Assembly: GCA_910584095.1 (NCBI GenBank)
Contig: CAJTYU010000014.1
Coordinates: forward strand, 8,710-72,709
Source: an uncultured Dorea sp.
Lineage (GTDB): Bacteria > Bacillota > Clostridia > Lachnospirales > Lachnospiraceae
DNA: 64,000 bases
Direction of reading: 5' to 3'
Below, piece by piece: positions 31,870 through 40,958 of this stretch; position 1 is the stretch's first letter, and every line of letters starts with the position of its first letter. The notes under the pieces are model-generated. The model did no database searches, was not told the origin of the DNA, and saw only the letters and a list, made by a program, of their open reading frames with translations. A program made the translations under genes and the position numbers.

Positions 31870-34800
31870 CTATAATTTTGGATCCGTACATGACAGCAAA
31901 TACAATAGTATACCGCCGTATCCATTCATTAATCCTGGATTCAGCTTTTCCTGCGGCAGCAAGGAAATCTCCTCCCGCCCAGCCAAAACCCTCGGAATTT
32001 CGACTTTTCCTACAAGCCGTTCCACGGCCTTTCTTGTCCGCCTTAATATCCATACGTTTCCACAGCTTCCATGGCAAAGACTCCAGCTGTCTCTTTTCCA
32101 ATAATCAGCAAGCTTTCGGTATGCTGCAATAATATCCTTCTCCAGCCTCTTCTTTAATTCTTCATCGTCAACCCTTTCATAGCAAAACACCCGCGACAGC
32201 AAGATCCCGCCTGCTCCATGGCACCATGCCACAGCGCCGTGCCCATCCCCCGGAAGGCTTCCCCTTATATCCGTCCAATTTTGAATCTCCTCATCATAAA
32301 GGGACTCCTCATATTCCAGCATTTGCTCGATTAACAGCCTATATTTTTCTTTTTCCGTATGCTTCCACAATGCGGCGACAGGCATTAAAATCCCGCTGTT
32401 TCCATGCGCCATGCCTGCAAAGGGCAAAAATCCTTTTTCTATAATCCAGCCGATCCCCCGCTCCATCTGGACTGCCTTCTTTTCCAAAAGTCCAATGGCC
32501 TTTTCCGCACTGTCTAAATACCTCCGGTCTTTTACAGCTTCATACAAGTACACCAATGCCAGCGCCGCGCCGGCATTTCCAGCCATAAGGTCATTCTTTT
32601 GATCATATTCCAGCAGGCGTTCTACAACGGCGGCATGTTTTTTGGCGTAAGCCAAATATTCCTTCCCTCCGCCGGCCCCGTACATTAAACAATATACATA
32701 TACGATCGATGCTTCCCCCTCGTACATCCCCGTGTCCCTGATAACATTTTTCCCTGATTCCCCATACATAAAATCCGTATATCGAAACAGCATACGGCAT
32801 ATCGTATCGCAATATACGTCTGCCGACCTATCCCTCTTCTTTAATTCATGGAAAATAATCAGCATTCCGGCCAGCCCGTCATATAGATACATATTCATCG
32901 GCTTCGCCTCCCAGCCAGGTTTTCCAAATGCCGACAGTTGTATGGTAAACCAGCTCGCTTCCGTTCGTTTAGCGTTCCACACGGCGTATTTCACCAATCT
33001 ATCGCCCAAGCTCCTTACAGCTTCCCCAATCCGCCCGCCATTATCCTCGTCCCCACAATCATATACCGCCTTCCCAACCTTATAACAGCGGTTTTCAAAC
33101 CTCTCGGCATGATCGGGCATCAGGTCCAAAGACATCCTTATGTATTCACACTGCCGTTCCATATCCCCGCTGCCAAGAGCGTCCAGTTTTCCAAAGACAA
33201 TATCCGCAGGCGCTTCGTCAAAATAATCTCGGATTCGTATCCCTCCCGGCGCCATCAATGCAGTATCATCCAAATAATAATAAAAATATGGAATATCCCC
33301 CTGCAATAAAGACTTTATCTCACAGTCAATTACTTCCTGCCTTTCATTGAACCTCCCCTTCCACAAGGAATGCAGAAACATCTCCCTCTTCGCCCCATCT
33401 GTCAAAAATTCCGGATGGCAGGAGGTTGACAGCAGCATGCCATACCGCTGTGTATCCTGAAGCAAGTATCGGCTGGCAGAATCCATTAACCGCATAAGCT
33501 CCTTACGGAACATTTCCCGGCGTCCTGCAACCGCCAGATACGTATCCCGGAATCCGCCCAGTAAATCTTCCCCAAATCTGGCTGGTGAAATAAATCCTTC
33601 TTCCAGCATCGCTAAATTTCCGGCCTTTTTACTTACAGGAAAGCAATATGCAATCTTCATATCCGAAGTCTTCGGATGAATAACCGTCGGGATTTTAAAC
33701 GGATATTTCTGCCCTTCCCCGCCGCTGATTGCACTGGAATTTACACCTCCTCCCCCTTGGTTAAAATAATAGAATGGCAATACCCCTGTATACAAGACAG
33801 AATTTGCCAGCTGATAGCATATCTCCTGAAAGGCTGTTTCCCTTTTCTGGTTATACTGTATATTCACCAATGTTTCCAAGTCTATCAGGACCGGGTATTC
33901 TCCATGTGCAATGACATTTTCCGAATGCAAGTCTTTCGTTCCCAATAGGTAAATGAGAAACAATTGGCTCCCCAGCCTCCGGTAATATCGGCGCAATGCA
34001 TCCTCCGTCTGGCAGCTTTCATAGGAAACAATTCCGCACCAGCTATGTCCGGCATATGACAAAAATGGATATCGGTGCTGCCCGATTCCCGTCTTTTCCG
34101 AAACCCACTCCAACAATTTCATATATTTACTTTCATTTTCCATGGAACGGGGCTTATATAAAATCTCCAATCTATGATCCAGCGTAATTCTTAACACCTG
34201 TTTCCCATTATTATGCAGATCGGAAGCCGCGCCTTGGATATCTGTTATTACATGCAGTTCCTCCGTCGGAAAAAACATGTCCTTAATCCTAGGCATGTCC
34301 TCCTTAAAATATCCTGCCACCTCGACATAAAAGCCTACAAGGCTGTCAATTCTCTCTTCCATACAGCGTAAAAGCGCCGGGTAAGCGTCTGCTACAGACC
34401 GGATGAACTTCCCCTCCCTTATACAGGTCTCGCAGAAATACCGGTACTCCTGCTTTGGCGTTCCATGAACAAGATATCCTTTTTCTTTATAAGCATGCAT
34501 TTCTACAATCAGGGTCCTCAGACAAACCTGCTGCAAACGAAGGGCTGTCTGCATTTCAAAGCTCTCCCACACTTTACCGGATATATACTTTACGTCATCA
34601 TGAAGCCTTTCCTTTAGCTGCAAAACCGCATATGTACAAAAGGGTATATAAAAATCCGGGAAAAATAGTTCTCCGTCCGCATCCTGTCCTCTATCCCTGC
34701 AGCACTCCCTTTGTTCCCCGGATATACTGCAATTCGCCTCTTCCTCCAGGTACGTCCTAAGCCCGCTAACATTTTGCTTTCCCTCTATAATACACGTCTT

Positions 34801-34965
34801 CCCGCAAAGATATTGAAAACACCGTCCGCTCCCCTCTATCAGCATTTCCAAAACATTCCCTCCTAAAATGGCTTCCCAATACTTTACAGCCTCCGGAGCC
34901 AAACCATCTTCCGCCTCTGTTTCTATAAATGTTCTTTCATATAAATATGTACCTTGTTTTTCCAT
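31870..34965 (-). CDS. lanM: Class II lanthipeptide synthetase LanM
   Basis: Dehydratase motifs SDLH, YKPRS, DLHSEN, IDLET, R-x5-T (RYLLQDT); cyclase motifs GMAHG, WCHG, LCHG. Confidence 0.95.
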   Translation of the reverse strand: MEKQGTYLYERTFIETEAEDGLAPEAVKYWEAILGGNVLEMLIEGSGRCFQYLCGKTCIIEGKQNVSGLRTYLEEEANCSISGEQRECCRDRGQDADGELFFPDFYIPFCTYAVLQLKERLHDDVKYISGKVWESFEMQTALRLQQVCLRTLIVEMHAYKEKGYLVHGTPKQEYRYFCETCIREGKFIRSVADAYPALLRCMEERIDSLVGFYVEVAGYFKEDMPRIKDMFFPTEELHVITDIQGAASDLHNNGKQVLRITLDHRLEILYKPRSMENESKYMKLLEWVSEKTGIGQHRYPFLSYAGHSWCGIVSYESCQTEDALRRYYRRLGSQLFLIYLLGTKDLHSENVIAHGEYPVLIDLETLVNIQYNQKRETAFQEICYQLANSVLYTGVLPFYYFNQGGGGVNSSAISGGEGQKYPFKIPTVIHPKTSDMKIAYCFPVSKKAGNLAMLEEGFISPARFGEDLLGGFRDTYLAVAGRREMFRKELMRLMDSASRYLLQDTQRYGMLLSTSCHPEFLTDGAKREMFLHSLWKGRFNERQEVIDCEIKSLLQGDIPYFYYYLDDTALMAPGGIRIRDYFDEAPADIVFGKLDALGSGDMERQCEYIRMSLDLMPDHAERFENRCYKVGKAVYDCGDEDNGGRIGEAVRSLGDRLVKYAVWNAKRTEASWFTIQLSAFGKPGWEAKPMNMYLYDGLAGMLIIFHELKKRDRSADVYCDTICRMLFRYTDFMYGESGKNVIRDTGMYEGEASIVYVYCLMYGAGGGKEYLAYAKKHAAVVERLLEYDQKNDLMAGNAGAALALVYLYEAVKDRRYLDSAEKAIGLLEKKAVQMERGIGWIIEKGFLPFAGMAHGNSGILMPVAALWKHTEKEKYRLLIEQMLEYEESLYDEEIQNWTDIRGSLPGDGHGAVAWCHGAGGILLSRVFCYERVDDEELKKRLEKDIIAAYRKLADYWKRDSWSLCHGSCGNVWILRRTRKAVERLVGKVEIPRVLAGREEISLLPQEKLNPGLMNGYGGILLYLLSCTDPKL

Positions 34966-34997
34966 ATGCCATTTCTCTCCGACTCCTAATATTTCTG

Positions 34998-35040
34998 GAA
35001 AGAAAAAGCGAAATGATATTCACCATTCCGCTTTTCCTTC
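34998..35040 (-). terminator. Stem-loop between lanA and lanM (partial terminator or mRNA stabiliser)
   Basis: Minus strand gaaggaaaagcggaatggtgaatatcatttcgctttttctttc: imperfect hairpin ending in a U-rich run. Confidence 0.65.
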
Positions 35041-35190
35041 TTAACAACAATAAATTGTTAAAAAAGCATGACAAGTCATAGTCTGTGTTCCATATACGAC
35101 AATTTGTTCCGGATCACCAGCCAGCTTATCACATTCAACGATTTCCTCCATAATATCGCCTCCGTAAACCATTGCTTCCTGTTCTTTCAT
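35041..35190 (-). CDS. lanA: Lanthipeptide precursor LanA (49 aa, absent from the ORF track)
   Basis: MKEQEAMVYGGDIMEEIVECDKLAGDPEQIVVYGTQTMTCHAFLTIYCC; AGGAGGG RBS; ATGA overlap with the kinase stop; Thr/Cys-rich C-terminus; directly upstream of lanM. Confidence 0.88.
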   Translation of the reverse strand: MKEQEAMVYGGDIMEEIVECDKLAGDPEQIVVYGTQTMTCHAFLTIYCC

Positions 35191-36524
35191 GCCTTTCCCT
35201 CCTTTCGTCTATCGCTGTTAAAAAATGTTATATCTATATAAAATTCATGTTCGGAAACACGCCAGTCCATACATCCCTCCTGCTCTTCAACAATCCTCCT
35301 TACACTTATTAGTCCATAACCATGTAACTGCGGATTTTGTTTATCTGAAATAATCCTATCTTGGCGGATCGTTGGATAAGCCCCAATACTATTTCCAATC
35401 TGTATAACAATAATACATGCCCTTTTCATAAAGGAAATCCTAATCCATTTATTCGAATGGTTTATTTTCTCACAGGCTTCAATTGCATTATCCAGCAAAT
35501 TCCCAAACATAACGCTCATTTCATTCTCTGTTAAGTTCCATTCCGGTATAATTTCAGAAGATATAATAAATGTAATCCCTTCATTTTCCGCCTTTTGCTT
35601 TTTTTGGTTCAAGATGAAATCAAGAAATCTATTCCCCGTCCATGTAGCTTCTTTCACTTCTATATATTCTTTTTCAATTTCATCCAGATAAAAGCTGACC
35701 CGCCTTATATCCCCTTCTTCCGCCAGCTTCCTCAAAAATAGCAAATGATGCTTCATATCATGCACTAACTGATGGTTTGCTTCTATGTTGCGGCGCAGCA
35801 TCTGATAACTCTGTTCTGTCATTTGATCATGCAATTCTAAAAAATTCTTTTCTTTCTGCATAATCTGGTTTTTCAAAAACAAAATTATAATTAGCGCAAC
35901 TACCACCATTACAGCCAATAACGAAAATCCTCCATTGATCCCGTCCATATATATTTCCCCAAGCGCCATTTCATCCATATATAACTGGTATTTCTTCAAT
36001 ATCCAAAACAAAAGAATATCAATCAAAATAAAAGTAAAAATATACTCTTTCCCTATTTTCCATTCACTTTTAATAATCCACCTGACTAAGATAAATACAA
36101 TCCCTCTTGCTGCAATATATATTATAATCTGCCAGAGAGACGATACTTGGCAATATATCAAATTTAAGAATTTCATTTTAAGAAACGTCATACTAAAAAA
36201 TGCAAAACAAATATCACATAATGCAATTATCGTATAATATAACCATATATAACTACATAGTAAAATAAAATCCCTCCGCATTATCGCATAAACAGCCAAA
36301 CAAAAGAGCGCTGTTACAAATACAAAAATAGTATCTGAAAAAAAAGTCACACCCCTATTTATTGCCAGCAGCACACTTGGCAAAACAACACTCATTAAAA
36401 CAGCCGCTTTATTGTATCTATTCAGAGTCCTCTTGTCCAAAATTGTATGAAACAGCAGATAATAGCAGATTACAAACTCTGAGGCAGAAACGAAAAACAA
36501 CAATATGTAATATAGCGGCTGCAT
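35187..36524 (-). CDS. AgrC/VirS-like GHKL sensor kinase
   Basis: Multi-TM N-terminus; HDMKHH, GNLLDNAIEA, HGYGL. Confidence 0.92.
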   Translation of the reverse strand: MQPLYYILLFFVSASEFVICYYLLFHTILDKRTLNRYNKAAVLMSVVLPSVLLAINRGVTFFSDTIFVFVTALFCLAVYAIMRRDFILLCSYIWLYYTIIALCDICFAFFSMTFLKMKFLNLIYCQVSSLWQIIIYIAARGIVFILVRWIIKSEWKIGKEYIFTFILIDILLFWILKKYQLYMDEMALGEIYMDGINGGFSLLAVMVVVALIIILFLKNQIMQKEKNFLELHDQMTEQSYQMLRRNIEANHQLVHDMKHHLLFLRKLAEEGDIRRVSFYLDEIEKEYIEVKEATWTGNRFLDFILNQKKQKAENEGITFIISSEIIPEWNLTENEMSVMFGNLLDNAIEACEKINHSNKWIRISFMKRACIIVIQIGNSIGAYPTIRQDRIISDKQNPQLHGYGLISVRRIVEEQEGCMDWRVSEHEFYIDITFFNSDRRKEGKA

Positions 36525-36525
36525 C

Positions 36526-37239
36526 CTACATTTCCCTCCAATATCGATTCAACTTCTCTTTGACTTCTTTAATACGCAAACTGCTCGCCTCAACTGTCAT
36601 TTTATTGCTCAGAAAAAGCATATTATCCTGAATCTTCGTAACATGGCACAAATTAACCGCACACGCCCTCTCCACCATTACAAATTCATCGCTGTTTAAC
36701 TTTTCCAGTGTCTTCTCTATACTATTGCGTTCATATAACTTCTCGTTAATCGTAACATATTCCACATATTTGCTTTTCTTTAACTTAATTATGGCAACGA
36801 TATCACAATACAGTACCCTTTCCTTAAGCATACCGCTGCCAATATAACAAAAATTTTTCTGGCTATTCACAACCATATCTACCAGTTTTCCCAACACGAC
36901 CGGAAACCTGCTCTGGATTTCTGATTTTAATATATACTGGTACGCGTCCATCCGATAACTATCAATGGCAAATTCCACATATGCAGTAAGGAAAACAATA
37001 TATATATCAAGATATTTCTCCCTTACTTTCTTACACAACTCAATTCCGTTTATCCCCGGCATATCAATATCGGATACCAGTATTTGATACCTGTGCATGC
37101 CCAAAACTTTTAAAAAACCTGCCGCGCTTTGAAACGTATCAATCTGTACATGTTCATAACCAGTCGTTATGTCCAACAGTATCTGCTTTGCAGTTTCCAG
37201 CGTACCCTTGTCATCATCCACAATTGCAATACCAATCAT
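36526..37239 (-). CDS. AgrA-like LytTR response regulator
   Basis: IVDDD, SDIDMP, FLTAY, YILK receiver; LytTR-like C-terminus (FVMVERACAVNLCHV). Confidence 0.92.
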   Translation of the reverse strand: MIGIAIVDDDKGTLETAKQILLDITTGYEHVQIDTFQSAAGFLKVLGMHRYQILVSDIDMPGINGIELCKKVREKYLDIYIVFLTAYVEFAIDSYRMDAYQYILKSEIQSRFPVVLGKLVDMVVNSQKNFCYIGSGMLKERVLYCDIVAIIKLKKSKYVEYVTINEKLYERNSIEKTLEKLNSDEFVMVERACAVNLCHVTKIQDNMLFLSNKMTVEASSLRIKEVKEKLNRYWREM

Positions 37240-37312
37240 AGTCTATCCCCCGCAAGCAAATATTCTTCTGCAGCATGTGAAATACCCGTAAATTAGAGTC
37301 AGAAATTATCAT

Positions 37313-37342
37313 ATTATAACATATTTTTCCAAATATTTGCAA
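37313..37342 (-). promoter_or_regulatory. Promoter of the LytTR-HK-lanA-lanM operon
   Basis: TTGCAA-18 nt-TATAAT with TGn extension. Confidence 0.65.
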
Positions 37343-37525
37343 AAATGGCCGCCAATTAGATATTTTTTGACCTCGAATCAATATAAACAGTATCAAAAAG
37401 ACCCGGACGAAAATTTTTACATTACAACATGAAACAAAAAATTCATGGTTAGGTACATGATTTAATTCGTTAATAATATCCTCAATGTACAAATGAATAC
37501 ACGGCCGAGAAAAAATCAATTTATT

Positions 37526-37800
37526 TTACCAGCTTTGTAACATAGTTTTCCAATCTTTTATATACTCATATTTTTCACAAAATCGTTTGATTATTTCATT
37601 ATCCTTACTCTTTATAATAGTCATCGTACTATCCCATGCTATAATCTCAATATTTGCAAGTGGATGCTGCAATTCAATTTCTTCCGCCCATATACTGGTA
37701 TTTCCCTCGCATAATGGTATTTTACATGATATCGCCCGTTCTTTTGAAATGTCCTTAGTAAATCCCGACAACGCTCCCCGTATCCATTGAAAAAAGACAA
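37526..37800 (-). pseudogene. 5'-truncated remnant of a hypothetical protein
   Basis: Protein-like QWIRGALSGF..QHPLANIEIIAWDS; no RBS; the 5' end abuts a terminator hairpin. Confidence 0.5.
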
Positions 37801-37819
37801 TATGTTGAGCCATTAAAAA

Positions 37820-37852
37820 CAACTAAGGATAATTTATTATTATCCTTAGTTG
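37820..37852. terminator. Perfect 14-bp hairpin / terminator
   Basis: caactaaggataat-ttatt-attatccttagttg, followed by TTTTT on the minus strand. Confidence 0.75.
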
Positions 37853-38168
37853 AAGAATCAACCTATTACAAAATCTTTTTCAATACTCTATCCACGATTT
37901 ATTCTTATTGGGGCTTTAAATGCCCTTCACTCTATAGCTATTATATCGAATACTATAACTTTATTGCAAATCACCCACAACATAACGAGTCATATATGCA
38001 TCATATATGGAATCCTGATTAATTTTTTCCCAAAAAAACGATAGCTTTTCTTATCTCAATTGTCTTATATATAGAAGCACCAAAAACCAGACTATTGATT
38101 AAAAGCAGAAGTCCGTTTTACTTGTTTAATATCCAAATATACCTATTGACTCTATTTATTCCCTTTGT

Positions 38169-38658
38169 TAATCTTCCGGTTTATCTATATCCCTTACCCG
38201 CAATTCGCAAAGAAGTTCTCGCCCGTCCCTTTTATATATGGACAAATTTCTGCGCTAATCGTTAATACTAAATCTATTTACATCCTGAAGCAGCGCTTCT
38301 TCCTCGTTAATATACAGTCGATACGTATTTTTTCATATCCCCTCTGCTTCCTTCCCACAAAGCTTTTTCCCACAATGGTAAAGGTATTCCCCACTTTTCC
38401 GGTACTTTTTCTAAAATATTATCTACAATCCTTGATATCGGCATAAACTGTAGTCTGGGATTCCACCCTCTAATCAGTCTGCGGATATTTGCCTTGCTCA
38501 ACTGTACCTTTGGATAACTCTTTTTTCAAAGTATCCTTCTCTGTAACGTATATCCCCAGCTTTTTCATGATAAATTCCATCATGAATTCTATCTCTTCAT
38601 AAGGATAGCCCAATTCTAAATACTCATAAATATGATGGAAGCCTTTTCTATCTATCAA
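38169..38658 (-). pseudogene. Degraded hypothetical gene (frameshifts and internal stop)
   Basis: Overlapping short ORFs 38470-38658 and 38307-38501, plus a further protein-like frame (YRLYINEEEALLQDVNRF...LCELRVRDID) broken by TAG. Confidence 0.4.
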
Positions 38659-38764
38659 AATAGATTATAGCATCTTTTATATAGAACTAAAAAATCTGGC
38701 TACGAATTATATATATTTAGACCGCGAACGCTGAAACTCTTCTAAATGAAAGCAAGACGGCCAT

Positions 38765-38801
38765 AAAAAACGGAACCCCGACAATTTGCGGCAGTTCCGT
38801 T
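38765..38801 (-). terminator. Terminator of the ABC transporter operon
   Basis: aacggaac..gttccgtt stem with a T6 tail on the minus strand. Confidence 0.75.
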
Positions 38802-38840
38802 CTCTTCCATTCACTTATATTATTAACAATCCAACTACTC

Positions 38841-39008
38841 TCACTGATGCGTCTTATTATACGCAAACAGCATCGCCAAAAGCCCCAGAAGCCCCGCCAT
38901 CATTTTCATCAGATGGGATACTCCAACTGTCCTCTGTCCAATTACGATTAGGGCGATGCATATCGCAAAAGCAATCAGCGCGATTAGTCTGACCAGCCAT
39001 TTATTCAT
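38841..39008 (-). CDS. Small 2-TM membrane protein at the end of the sugar ABC operon
   Basis: 55 aa, two hydrophobic helices, GGAGG RBS. Confidence 0.7.
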   Translation of the reverse strand: MNKWLVRLIALIAFAICIALIVIGQRTVGVSHLMKMMAGLLGLLAMLFAYNKTHQ

Positions 39009-39038
39009 AACCCATTTCCCTCCTATCTGCCGCACTCG

Positions 39039-39908
39039 TTATCCTTTCAGTCCGCCTAAACTCATTCCTTCCGTCAGCTTCTTCTGTACGCAGATATACA
39101 AAATCAGCACCGGAAGCATTACAATTACCAGACCCGCATAGAGCCTTCCGTAATTTGCAGCCGCCTGCTGTGCCTGCATCAGGCGCATCAAGCCTACCGG
39201 CAGTGTCTGCTCTTCTCCTGTGAGCAGCGTCATGGATATGATATACTCATTCCAGAAGGAAAGGAAGTTAAACAGAATCACAGTAATAATACTGGGCCTT
39301 GCCATAGGCATCATGACCTGTATCATGGTCCTCCAGTATCCGCAGCCGTCCACAAACGCTGCCTCCTCATAATCCTTCGGTATGGTTATAAAAAAGCCTG
39401 ACAGCAGATAGATGGTAAAGGGCAGAGCCGTCGATGCGTACACCAGCGCCACAATAAACAAGTTGTTCAAAAAGAACCCTTTGCCGATCACCTGATTCAG
39501 CCATCTGTCCCCATCAACGAACATCAGGAATATAGGAACTACAATATAGTTCACATTGATAAATAATCCGCCCATAAACATTACATTACAAAGCTTGCTG
39601 CCCGGAAACCGGTAGCGCGCCAGCACATACGCGGCCGGAAGGGCCAGCACCAGCAAAAGAAGAAGGGCCAGCGCCGTCACGATGACGGAATTCATAAAAT
39701 AATCGCCCATCCGCGCCTCTGCGAACGCGTCAATAAAGTTCTGGATATAAACACCCTTGGGCATCGCCCATGGATTGCCGTAAAACTCTGAATTTTCCTT
39801 GATAGAAGCGAGAAATACCCAGCCGACCGGCACAACGATACTGACTGCCAGAGCCAGCAGCGCCACGTAAATAAACAATTTGTACAACCGTCTGCTTGTC
39901 TTGTCCAT
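39039..39908 (-). CDS. Carbohydrate ABC permease (MalG-like)
   Basis: EAA loop YEEAAFVDG, WNEY, TLPVGL. Confidence 0.95.
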   Translation of the reverse strand: MDKTSRRLYKLFIYVALLALAVSIVVPVGWVFLASIKENSEFYGNPWAMPKGVYIQNFIDAFAEARMGDYFMNSVIVTALALLLLLVLALPAAYVLARYRFPGSKLCNVMFMGGLFINVNYIVVPIFLMFVDGDRWLNQVIGKGFFLNNLFIVALVYASTALPFTIYLLSGFFITIPKDYEEAAFVDGCGYWRTMIQVMMPMARPSIITVILFNFLSFWNEYIISMTLLTGEEQTLPVGLMRLMQAQQAAANYGRLYAGLVIVMLPVLILYICVQKKLTEGMSLGGLKG

Positions 39909-39920
39909 ACTTTCTCCCTC

Positions 39921-40814
39921 CTAAAACTCCAGCGGTTCCCGCTTGGTCACAAAATTCACCAGTCCTGCAAGCCCAAAGGAGAACAGGAATACTACAACGC
40001 CGATCGCCATACCGTATCCGTAAGAGGAATTAGTATACGCCTGTCCATACATATAGCTTAGGAACACCTCGCTGGCGCCGTCCGGCTTGCCGCTTGTCAT
40101 AGCCTGAACAAACAGGAAGCTTAAGTTAATAGTACTAATAATGAAAAATGTCAGCGTGGTACGCACATTGGTCCAGATCAGAGGCAGCGTAATATGGAAA
40201 AACTGATACATTCTCCCCGCGCCTTCCAAATTGGCCGACTCATACAAGCTCTCCGGCACCCCGGCCATACTTGCCATATACATGACCATATAATACCCAA
40301 TCGCCTGCCAAACCATCGCGATCACCAGGCTGTACACCACCAGCCGCTGATTACCGAGCCACAAAATAGGCGCTGCATCCTTCGCCCGGAATATCGACAG
40401 GATACTATTAAGCAATCCTTGGTTCGGATCATAAATTGCCGAAAAGATCGCCGATATTACGACAACGGAAAGAATATTCGGTATATAGAAGATAATCCGG
40501 AAAAAGTTCTGCCCCTTAATCTTCTCCCTTGACAGAATTGCTGCAAAAACCAGCGCAAACGCCATTGTGATAATGGTCACCAGTACGATCAGCAGAATCG
40601 AGTTCTGGAACGACCTGTAGAACTTATCATCCTGAAACAGAATCTTAAAATTATTCATCCCCACAAAAGTCTTATGATTCGAGAAACCGCCCCATTTATA
40701 CAGAGACATTTTAAATACATTGACCGTGGGAATGAGCATAAAAATAATAAACAAAATGACGGAAGGCAGTATGCACACTGCGATAAAACCATTTCTGCCC
40801 CGTTTACTCTTCAT
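39921..40814 (-). CDS. Carbohydrate ABC permease (MalF-like)
   Basis: LYESANLEGA..QFFHITLP, YGYGMAI. Confidence 0.95.
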   Translation of the reverse strand: MKSKRGRNGFIAVCILPSVILFIIFMLIPTVNVFKMSLYKWGGFSNHKTFVGMNNFKILFQDDKFYRSFQNSILLIVLVTIITMAFALVFAAILSREKIKGQNFFRIIFYIPNILSVVVISAIFSAIYDPNQGLLNSILSIFRAKDAAPILWLGNQRLVVYSLVIAMVWQAIGYYMVMYMASMAGVPESLYESANLEGAGRMYQFFHITLPLIWTNVRTTLTFFIISTINLSFLFVQAMTSGKPDGASEVFLSYMYGQAYTNSSYGYGMAIGVVVFLFSFGLAGLVNFVTKREPLEF

Positions 40815-40912
40815 TCTCCGCCCTCCTCTCAAAAATCCGGCGGGATACCCCTTCGTGCCGGACGGCAAAAGTACCCTCCGCGCACTCCCGCATTGATTTT
40901 CCTGTAAGATAA

Positions 40913-40956
40913 GACAGGGGGACGTACAACTGTCCCCCCGCCCTGATGCTGTCTGT
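40913..40956 (-). other. Intercistronic stem-loop after the substrate-binding protein gene
   Basis: gggggac..gtccccc hairpin; such loops commonly stabilise SBP mRNA. Confidence 0.5.
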
Positions 40957-40958
40957 CA

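Noticed and set aside
37214..37519. 101-aa ORF upstream of the LytTR gene as AgrB/AgrD
   Set aside because: It overlaps the promoter, lacks an RBS and shows no AgrB or AgrD features.
30561..38760. att sites or target duplications bounding either island
   Set aside because: No convincing direct repeats found by eye and no tRNA gene in the window; needs a computed repeat search.
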